Position numbers and translations under genes: made by a program | Part shown: positions 13,638 to 24,900 of the stretch, one piece after another | Position numbering within the stretch: position 1 is the first letter of the stretch | How the letters are laid out: the number at the start of each line of letters is the position of its first letter | DNA from: Tubiluchus corallicola | Lineage: Eukaryota > Animalia > Priapulida | Direction: 5' to 3' | Assembly: GCA_030141605.1 (NCBI GenBank) | Contig: JAQGDQ010000028.1 | Coordinates: 682,001-746,000, forward strand | DNA length: 64,000 bases | Notes under the pieces: generated by a model | What the model was told of the DNA's origin: nothing | Seen by the model: the letters and a program-made list of their open reading frames with translations, nothing else | Databases searched by the model: none

Positions 13638-14083
13638 CCACTTGATAACATAATAAAAAACTTATTTATATAGATGATAATTATGTACAATTATTTAACA
13701 GACAACTTTACGTCATTATTTAATCTGCCATGCTAACCATTGTTCAAATTAACCTATCTTATTGCCAAATGAAGGGTAGCTGACTTGATGACTTTTTAGT
13801 CAATTCGGTACCCTATCTTGTTAACTTTATATTTACTTTATTAACACATTTATTACTGTATTTTGTTTATATGTTTTTATACATGTATTTGTTAACTGAA
13901 ATGTTACAGAGAAAAATAACATGCACAGGAGTTTAAATAATAGGATAGAAAGATCATTATAGGTGCTTACAGTTCATGTTGAGGTGAATTACTGATTCTG
14001 GGACTTCTACTAATCTACAATGTACAGACAGTTTAATGCTTGGTCGTGTGTTAAGAAATTGAAGTGTTATATTCGTGATAATA
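13399..14083. repeat. Local duplication plus (TA)n(GA)n microsatellite element, with a related copy at about 8791-8886
   Basis: 13400-13473 is nearly identical to 14009-14082 (CTAATCTACAATGTACAGACAG...TTCGTGATAATA). 13531-13582 matches 8815-8866 (AGAGTAA.GAAATAAATTC...CAAAGAAGCATCTTTCAATGTTGTTATTA). Confidence 0.75.
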
Positions 14084-15534
14084 AGTAGTATTCAAGTCAC
14101 TGGCTTAGTGGAAGTAATTAAGTAATTCATTTTAAAACAAGCTCAATAATAATTATTTTTCTAAGATAATATTAATGCATACTGACATTATTGTTCATGA
14201 TGTCATGTGGTTTTAGTTGGCATGACTGTGCAACGTTCTTTTTTCTAAAAGACTCCTCTTCTCTTAATCTGAACTGTTTAAAGAAGTACTGTGAATCAAA
14301 GTACATGTTTTATTTTTGCTTATTTCACGCACAATTTTTTCGGAAAAATGGCGCAATCATGTGAAAGTAAAGTTTGGCTACAGTTAAGTTCCTCCAAGTA
14401 CCACTGTAATCGTGTGCCCACGTTGCCCACTGAACAAGAGCTGTGCATTGTCTGCATATGAAAGCAGAACATTGCAGCAACTTATACAAGATTATTTACT
14501 GTTGGAAAGAAGAGTTGACTCATTTATTGCAATAATGACGCGCTTAACCGTACTTACGGGGCTAGGACAGTTAAGGCTTGCCAAGTGACTGCCACAACTC
14601 TTTTTGTTGCTACTCCATTTTACTTTTTACTCTGTGCGCTTGTGCTTGTAAGCTGATTTCTTGTCACAGCATAGAACTTGCACGAAAATAAAATGTCGGC
14701 AGTCGATACCAACAAAGTACAAATGTGCGAAGATTTAATTCAGCCAAAATAAATTTTTTCACAATCCACTGTAAGAATGTAGCTAGTGAGTGAACATGCG
14801 CCCAATGAAGAATTAAGTTTATGTTACAAATTTTTCTGTAACACTGTATTTCCATTAATCTTTTTTCCTTTTTTCTTCAGTAACTAAGTAAACAAACACT
14901 TGTTCAGCTTCTTGTACTAAACAAAGTGTTTTGAAATCTCACACTACTGTAAATACTAAAGTTCAAGCATTTTTACAAAATGTTGGATGCAAACACGAAT
15001 CCGATGAAGTTGCGGTATAAGGTGCAATCTGTGGTTGAGAAAGGATCTTTGACAGGAGGGATGATGGCGACTCGGCCAATCAAAATGACAAGGCAAAAGT
15101 AAAGCGGTACACAACTCACAAACCATGCTGCAAATGTCTGTCTTCTTCCAGGCTGTGTAGCATATCTATACACAATGATTTCAAAACATGAAGAAGAAAT
15201 TGGTTTTTGCACTTTTTAAACAAAATTTTATTTTTTTCATAAATTATGAATACTACTTTGTGTTTGTCGGCATCAAACACAAATATTTTTTCAAGATTAT
15301 TTTCTTATAAAATAATCGGTATTACCATGTGTGATTTTCATACTACTACATTTGCAAAACCTGGAATGAAATAGTTCTCAGTATGTGAGTACTAATGTAT
15401 AGCAAATCTCGTTAATTAGGATAAATGAACCAAAAACGTGTACTAAAATGATTTTTTAAATTTCAGTTATAAACAGTACATGTCATTCTCTATTTTTGTT
15501 TTTAATAGCACAAAGTGAAAATTGTGATAGTACA

Positions 15535-15540
15535 TTTATT
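15535..15540 (-). terminator. Candidate polyadenylation signal for anoctamin copy 1
   Basis: AATAAA on the minus strand about 365 nt after the stop codon. The AT-rich context makes chance matches likely. Confidence 0.35.
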
Positions 15541-15904
15541 ATTATTGTTCAGAAACAATTCTTGTGTCAGCAGTTTACAAATTATACATAATTATTCACA
15601 AACGTATTATTCCAACTGATCTACTTTATGACTACGATGACTATGACTGCTGTCACATATAAAAAACGATGATAAAAGGACATGAATGTCATACATTTCT
15701 TTATACAGTAATATATTTGCAGGTCTGAGTAACATCCAAATTATTTTACGAACGGTCAGTCCAGGACTGAAAATGACCATAAGGCAAAGTCTGCTGTACT
15801 AACAGTTACTGATACACAGATAACTGTACTATGATATTCCTACGTAGAGCAACACCTGTGCAGGTAAATACAGGGCTATTGCAGATGTTCTTGAAATAAT
15901 AATT

Positions 15905-18900
15905 TCAGGAAGTGGAACGTGGTCTAGGTACTTGCAGCACATTACCTGTGCTACCTGGTACAGGTATCTGGAATGTGCTATCACCAGGTACAGGTATGTT
16001 CATGGTACTGTCAGGTACATGCAGTATATTACCATACTGCTGTAGGACCTGGCTTGTGGCACTGGGATTTTGCACTAATATGCTTTCCAGCCTTCTCATC
16101 TCCTTGGTCCTTTCTAATTCAGCTTTGTACAGAGCTTCCTTAGCAAGGTATTTCTCTCTAAGAATTTGATCTTTGACTTTCTGAGGAGTGTCAGGAATGA
16201 AGATGGCTATGCAGCCGGTCAAGAAAAACACTAAATGCTGAAAAAAAGGAGTAAAGCATGGAATTAGCTTGATTGTCAGTGTCGGTTCAATTGGCACCGA
16301 GCATTTTTCTTTTTTGTATGTAATTTATATGCAGTTTTGTATATAAACTGTATGTTAGGAAACTCCACTTACTACTTGACAAAAAAGTCTGGCTTAAAAG
16401 CTTGGTGTTTTCAAACCTTGCACCACATTTCTCTATAAACTGGTATATTATGAAAATAACAATGTTATGACAGTATGAAGCTAGAAACAATAAATGCTTC
16501 CACATGTCAGTTACTTAATAATCAACTGTGAATGATTGACAGCCTGTAGATGCATGTTTATCAAACTCGATTAATTTTTGTTTAAATCCAAAAGAAAACT
16601 TAATCATATTAAAATAAGCCTTAAAATAATATTGTTTGCTTTGCTACTTTTCCAGCCAGATGTTAAAAATTTAGATACGCCATTTCTTAGGTAATTGTAT
16701 TATTTTAAAAATTTACTGTAATAAAATAAATGTAGCTGTAACAGGTTTTAGCAACACACTGTTAACAAAATCAGTAATGCAAATATGATAAAATTCATAG
16801 TACTTTATGTTTATAGCTGTTATCTTTGCTTACCTCAAATATGACGATGAATAAGACTCGAGCGGCAAAAACATGCCAGTACTGTGCTGTATGTTCGTAT
16901 GCGTTAGGACTACTTGGGGGATAATCATATCCTCGATACCTAGATGAGGTTTAAAATCATTCACAGGAAACAACAACTAAATGAAAATTTAGTTAAAAAG
17001 TAGTTCACTGTAGGCTGAAAGGCACTGATGGGCACTTATTTTACCCGACTTGGTTAGCAAGGTTGTAATTTGAAATTTTTCACAGAATCTGTACCATTTC
17101 TCAAAGCAGTAAAAACAGTCGAGTTTGCAACATTCATACAAGCCTCAGATAGTTAACAACTCACAGGAATTAAAAAAGTAGCATTAGCATATTCAGTAAT
17201 CTCACAATCTGCACTACACTATAGTCAAATTCAGTTAATAAGATTTTTATAGGACAGAAATCTTTATTCGTATTAAGTGTGTTTCATACTATTTATTCCA
17301 AGTACTGTACATGTATTTTTGTGAAATCGTACTTGATAGAACAGAATCTAAACTGTTTTCAATTAGTCTGGAATGCGAGGCATTGGTTTGCTCATTTCTT
17401 GAGTTTTTTGCCCAAATGCCTGGATATGTAAGAATACCATTTATCGTTGTTGTGGATCCGTTTTTTTTTGTAAAAATTTAGCATACATAATTTAGCACAA
17501 TAGAGTCACAAATTACATTATTGTGATGTCAGAATATGGAAAACTGATAAAGATTTGTTAACATGAACAATTCGAACAAGAAAAGCAGCATAATGAAACA
17601 AACTTTTTATACAGTTACTTTGCAAGTGAGTAATCCAACAATTATTCTTTGTCATTGAATTCATGAGTAACCCAGAGCTACCGCGCATGCACAACAGAAC
17701 ATCATAACATCCTTGCACGTACAAAAAGATGCCGTAAGCAAGTTTATGGATAATAAATGCATCTGACTTTGGTATTTTTACATTCGTAAGCTATTTCAGT
17801 TTCCTTGTATGTTGACATAGGTTCCATGATGATGTTCAATTTTGCACTGAGTGACAAGGTTTTAAATTTTGTTTTGGTTTTACTTGACTACTTCTTACCT
17901 GCATATTGTAACATTTTCAAATTGTTTATTAGCTTCGAGTTCTTTGCCTGGTGCTGTCCCTGGTTCGAAATCGGTTACGGCAAAATATGATAAACTGTTG
18001 TTAACGTATCCCGTCAATGTGTTATCCGGACTGTATTTGTATAGGTAGACTAACCGTGGGATGAAATCCGACGTATGCGAGATTACAAATGCCTCGAAGC
18101 AAAAAAGAAAAAAGAAAATGAAATATTTTCAGTAGAAATAAAACTGAGGAAATTATGATTTGTTTCACAAATTTCACTCATTTAGACTGTAATTTGCTGA
18201 GAGCATACTATGAAAGCAAACTACAAAGTTTGACGCATTCTGATATGAATTATCTATAAATATCTGAATGAGTTTAATCTTTTCTTGTCTTAGGGAAATT
18301 TACTCCAAGTATTTTTATTGAAGGAATATTTAAGCTATTTTCTATATTCTGTGCAACTATACTGTATGACTGATGTCAAAGCACTTAAGTTCAAAGCTGG
18401 TCTAAAATTTCCTTGAATATATTGCACTAATGGGGATGAATAAGTTGCCTCTACCAGACAGTGAAAGGCAACCTCGCTATTCATTAATTTTCACTACTAT
18501 CATTCCGAAAATCAGTCACCCACAGAATAGTATAATAAAGTGGGACACGTATCTATGCAAATATCGATGTTGTTACAGATCATGACAAAATTGATTGTGA
18601 ATATGATCATAATGATTGGAAAGTTTTTCATTGTAATCACGATCACGATCACGACTGATTTTCAGAGTTGGCTGCAATCATGATTGCAATCAAATATATA
18701 TGCAATCAAATATAGTCCATTCTTATTAAAGTTACTGTAGTCACTGCATGCACCTGTAACATCACAGATTTTTTCATTGTGATTCTGGGAGCAGGTAATA
18801 GATGTATTTATCATAATTTCTTCTCACGAGTGTACTTATTTTATAAGTGCAATAAAAGATAATGAAAAGTGAATAAGTATTGTAAAACTTCTAATGGAAA

Positions 18901-21900
18901 GAAATGGTTACTTAGAATTATGGATATCACATTTTGAGAAAATGAATGCAATCATTTGTAAACATAGAATTTGATTGCAATACTTGCAGCGAATGTTGCA
19001 ACATTGGCAAAGACAATATTGGCCCACTCTCATATATGATGCCAGTAATCACACTTCCAAAATGACAGTCACAATATTTTAAACTTACATTTGTGATGAC
19101 CGCCAATATGGAAATGGCTTTGAGAATTCCATACCAAGCTCCAACGTTATGAGCAGGAGTTGCGAGTGGACGTCGAAACTGCGTGACATACTTGTACGCA
19201 TCCAGGCGGATCTCGATCACATTGTTAAACAGAGCGCAAAGAGGTGCTAACGGAAAAGCGGCAACAAACAGCGTGACGAAACCATACTGGATAACTGTAA
19301 AATGTGTAAAAAAATAAGACCAGTGAAATTTGTCTAAATACGAGACTAAAATGCAACAATTGTTTCAAAATGCAATAAGATGTTTTCGTGACAATGTTTA
19401 GGAAATTGCGAAATTATGTCTAGAAACACTTAATCACTCAAAAGCCAAATGGCATACAAAGAAAAGGAGGGATTTTTATTATTTTTAGCTAGGATAAGCT
19501 ATTTGGCTAAACATGACTTGGCCATTGTAAAAATCATTGACCAAATGAGATTAGCCATCTCACAGCTAACACACATACTATTGCCCACATATGGGGAATT
19601 TGTTTGTATCAAACACTGACAATTATCTGTTGAATGAAAGCTGGGTGGAATAAAAAAAATTATGATGACAATTATGTTTAAAAATACATAACATTTCTGT
19701 TAATAGTCATTACCTTATTAATTGCTGAGAAGCAAAACCTTATAACTAATATGTGCACATTAGTCCTCAATTTAACTGTAGTCACTTGCGCCAAATGCAT
19801 TTGTTATCAAAAGCTATACAGTTTAACCATGCTCCAAAACCAAATGGCATTTAAGGACTTTCCACTGCGTAAATACTGCATAGCTATACACTAAATCAAG
19901 TTTGAAAATTAATATTTTTACCCATTTCTAAATACTCATCAAAGAGACCAAGTTCTTTGTGCATTTCCAAAAGGTAGTCCATTTCCCAGCGACTATTGGC
20001 CTCTGATTTGTCAGTCTGACTAATTTTCACTTTTTTACGCATTTTCAGCTTACGCAGGAAATTCAAAACCAATCTGAAAAAGATATGGAATTCTGCCTAG
20101 ATTAAAGAACATAGTTCATCATTTGTTGATTCCCATTTGCAGCCTGGTGGTCCAATTTAAGTACAAGAATGCTAAAATAATTCAAACACAACCAACAAGA
20201 ACAAAGTCCTATTTCAAAATAATTATTAATAACACTGATATCGTATATAAAAAACATAAAAACATATCACATAACCAAAGAAACAACAAATACAGTTAAC
20301 TATGTGTAATTTATAATTTAAAAACTTAAAAGTAGGAATCAAAGTGACATAATGGCTATGCAGCTAAAAGTGGTTCACTTTATTTATTTCGAAGGAAGTC
20401 ATCATCAGCAACTATAATGCTTTCATTGGTTTCGAACTTTAATTGGACCTTCTACATGGTGCTCTAACAGAGGAGATGTTGGCTGGTTTTTTTTGTTATA
20501 ATGCTGTGACTTCAACAGTCAAAGTTAACTAAAACACTTAATGGTTCATCAATGTTAATGGGCAAAATGCCCTTACAGTCCATGACCCAGTAACCGAATG
20601 AGTTACAGCATTGCAGCGAAACATCAAAGTAACATTTAGCATTTCTACGTTGCATTCTCACTTGCCTGTAAGCCTTCTTTACAGGAAAGCATGGCCACAA
20701 GCTTTTAATAATAAGGTTTGATGGTTTTATGGCTGAGTGGTCTCGCGAATATTCTTGTCGTTGATGGCTTGTGACCATCTAGTTCGATACTTGCTCTACT
20801 GGTTTGATTCGACATTCCAAGGCCTGGCTGTTTACCTGATAGATATAAGATGCAACGGAATGTGGCTAAGACACCCTTGTGTATTCAGAGACTCATCTTA
20901 GTAAAATATGCTTGATGATGAGCCAGGCTCCAGGCCACAAAGACCAAGTTGAGTTGGCTGCACCATTCAGTGTTGATGCATAGAAAACAAGTAATAACAA
21001 TAATTAGATTATGACTATGAATGCCAGAATGTTCATAAACCATTGCGATTTATTTCATGACTATTATTACTCAATGCGTGTAATGAGTTGAAGAAAGAAT
21101 ACGCTGAAAATTAAGGATGAAATCTCAGGATTGCTCTGTCATGTTGAACTGGTAGCTCAGATGGCAGAGCATGCGATGTCTAATCCCAAGTCCCGACTGG
21201 TTCACAATTTTTCTTTCTTTCTTCAGCTCACTACACACAATGGATAATAACTGTTGTGAAATAAATCAATGGTTTATAAACATTCAGGCACTCACTGCAA
21301 TAATCCAATTAACAAGAATAATAATCACCATATAAAGTCTTGTGTATAAGGAGGTATAAATTTTACATATGACCAGTGCCAAAACATTACAGGAGAACTT
21401 GTTAATCAGTTAATAAAGGTATAATCAATGCTCATGATCATTTTATACAGTTCTGCACACTACTGCTGGTGATAGTAATGGCAGGATGACTGTTGTGGCC
21501 TGACTGGTACAAAGCTAACTATAAAGAATAACCCTCTAAGACAAGATAGTAAACTGGGCCCCACATATCCATCTAAACTAATATGCTTAAAAACGTTGCA
21601 ACGAAAATTTTTAAGGTTAATGTATGGCCTAATGAAACGTAGTGAAGTACCTTTACTTCTTTACCGTGAATGTAGAATTATGCAATTAGATGATTTAATC
21701 AAATTGAATATTGCAGTATTCATGTATAAATGCAATTATAGACTATTTCCTAAGTTTTTTGCAATTCCTGTCAAATTGACATCTAAGAGACATAATACAA
21801 GATTTAATCAATACATTGTGCCTTTCTGTAGAACCAACATAGCTAAACATTTTATAATATATCAAGGACCAAAAGTCTGGAATGAGATTTGTGAATCTGC

Positions 21901-24900
21901 AAAAAATAGCAGATCTATTACTAGATTTAAAATAATGCTAAAAAATCAAATTTTAAGTAAGTATCAGTGAGCAATTAAAATTTCTATCTGTATCCATCCT
22001 CACAGTAGTTGCAAAACAGTGGTGTTAACTTAATCAAGTTATTTTAATTTTACATACTATTAAAAAATAATAGTCTTTCTATCTTTTATATCATTCCATA
22101 TATGAGTTTCATTCATTACATCATTCCATTTTAAGCACTAACGTTTTTTTTATCACGATTCACTTTAAATTTTCAGATTATCTCCATTACTTTTTTTTCT
22201 CTATCACTGTGTGGGACAATCTAACAAGCCCTGCTTTTTGATTGCCCACAACACATTTACATTCGTGTGTAAGTAAATAGTGCTTGAGGCTTTTCTGTGC
22301 AGTATTTTTTATTTGTATTATATCCATTATAGGCCCTTTCACTGATATTGTATATGTAACCTGTAAATGTGTATGGTGAAATAAATGACTATGACTAAGA
22401 GAAATGTCTTAGCCAGATGAATGAGCATACATATTCCCTCGATGAGAGAAATAAACACTGCACCAGTTCAGCTATATTCCTAACTTTAAACAAGTATATT
22501 AAAAAGAATAACACAAATTAATTGACATGATTTATGAATTGCTAGAAGCAGAACACTTTTTAATACATTTCTTATTGCGCTTAATGATGTTCAATTTCAC
22601 AAGTCGAGAGCGAAAAAATATAATTTTAAGCCAATCTCTGGCTGCAAGACATTCCTTGTAGTTGCCATTTTTGTTACATCTTGTCACTATTAAAGTTTAC
22701 TCCACTGTTTTTATTCATACTAGTAATGTTGCATATTTATGTCAATAAAAGTACTTATAAATATCAGGTATCAGCACGATGAATAAAACAACCCTACAAC
22801 CACCCTTCCATTCACAAAACAAGTTTATGACAGCCAAACAAACACTATGACTGATTGGGTATCAATCTTGCATCTCGTTAATGTTCAATTGTAATTTAAA
22901 TAATTTGCATTCCCACAGTAACAAAATTGACCAAGATATAGTTTTCACCAAAGTTATTTTATTAGTATAAATAGAAAGTGTCTTTGGTCTAGTATGTAAT
23001 CGTGTAACTTACGGTAGCCCAAGCTCTTTACAGTTGTTTCCCACTTGTTTACCAATCATGATCATTGCTAACTGTATACAGAGTGATATCAAGCACCCAG
23101 CTGGATCACACTGAAAGAATTAAATATACATAACTACAGCATACAATTCACAAAATTTTGGTGCTCTTTTAATAAAGCTGGTGCATAAGCAAGCTGATTA
23201 GCTTATTACGACTAAAACTGAACTGAGGTGAATTCTGCTACATTTAGGTGACGCAGCAATGTATTGAGACCCCTCCGAAATTTTGTAATTTTCTCGAAAT
23301 ACTTTAGGAAAGAGAAGTCCAAGCTGATCACTTATATTAGTCAGGGGATTTCTCTCAACCAACTAATATGAAATGCTAGTTTAACAAAAATAAGATGCTG
23401 TCTCTAAATAGACTAAACCGTTCACTAAATAAATTTATAGAAGTGCAGGGAGTGATGGTGTTGACATAAGGCACCACTGACAAAACCGTATAACCCTGTA
23501 TTTTACTTAACTAAGTATTAGCAAAATTATATTTAAGTACAAACATATAATTGCCATTTTAGAAATCTTGGCTGAATATTTCAAATGGCAATTTTAACAA
23601 AGTACGTTAGATAAGGTATACGAACACATTCGTTGCCACGTTACCATAGCAGTTCTTGAACATGCAGCTTCCGAGTGAAGTGAATCTATTCGCTGCAAGT
23701 TAATTGCAGAAAAATCAAAGACTTAACAAATTTTTGTGAGGAAAAACATGTCCATCCTGCTGCTTGTATTCCTGAGGGAAATGGGCTTACAGAATTTTTC
23801 CAATTACTGAATAAAGCGTTATCAATACCTTTTTATTTAAGCTTGCTGTAATTCATTGAGATACATAAAAACGCATACCTGATCCATGCGGTAACCAAAC
23901 AGTCGAACATCATCTTTTCCGCTAGGGTTTATAAAAAACCTGTAATGAGACAAATAGTCAGAAGGCTATAAGTTAACACTCCATTTCAACTTTTTAATAG
24001 CATAGCTATCATACTGTACTTAGCTTGAGTTTGTTTAAATAATCGATAACTATTTCGCTGTTATCACAGAAAAAAGCACAGTAAATATTTCAAAATTTGC
24101 ATGAATGTCAACACTACCATCTTGCACAGCCATAGTACCATATATGTTTAAACATAAAATAAATTTTTTGCAAGAATTGATTACATCTTTTAGTTTTCTC
24201 TTATCCACAGCCAATTTTACAGAAATGCAAAAGTTAATAATATACAAACACTCAACCATTGCAGCTTTCTACACATACTTATATGTACCTTATATACCTT
24301 ATATGTATTCTTACATATCTGCTAGAAAAATCCAGCAAATCAATCTGCTTTCATAGTGGGAGGCTACCACTGGTAAGTGCATTCGTCTTTGACATTTCAC
24401 TGTGATTGAGTAAGTGTTTTAATTTTATCTATTTTACCCAATAATATAAGTAAAATTTAATTGTCTTTGCTTCATAATTCAGCTAATTTTGCTCTTAACT
24501 ATTCTACAGTTGTCTTTATTTTACCTTTAGTTCTAGCGAAAACAATCATTTTGTTGAAATATTGCGAATAAATAAGCACTATATACTATTGATTTGCTTT
24601 AAAATCTGTTATTGAAGGGGAAGAAAAAGTAATTTTAACGTTGTCCCAAAAAAAACTTTCTACACAACTTTATATTACTTGTCATTACACTTTCCTGCTT
24701 GAGAGACTTCTGTAAGCCAAAAAGAAAATTCTTAGTAATTTAAAATATTTGTGCCTACTGGTAAAACATCACTGACTCGCCTTCTCAGTGTGCACCGCTG
24801 ACTCATCAAAAATGCAATTTAATCTTATTGACAAGATATAGTAATTTATATGTTTTAATAGTTAGTGAACAGTGCACTGCGAATATTTCATTTATTTTTT

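Noticed and set aside
14973-15212. ORF between SWSAP1 and anoctamin copy 1
   Set aside because: No recognisable domain or convincing splice context; probably a decayed repeat.
15912-16169. Plus-strand ORFs overlapping anoctamin exons (also 50684-50875, 52182-52421, 53946-54140)
   Set aside because: Antisense shadows of the real coding exons.
21151-21210. Possible tRNA gene
   Set aside because: Only the A-box/D-arm is recognisable, with no complete cloverleaf. tRNA-like bits at about 5070-5110 and 20730-20795 are likewise SINE-like.
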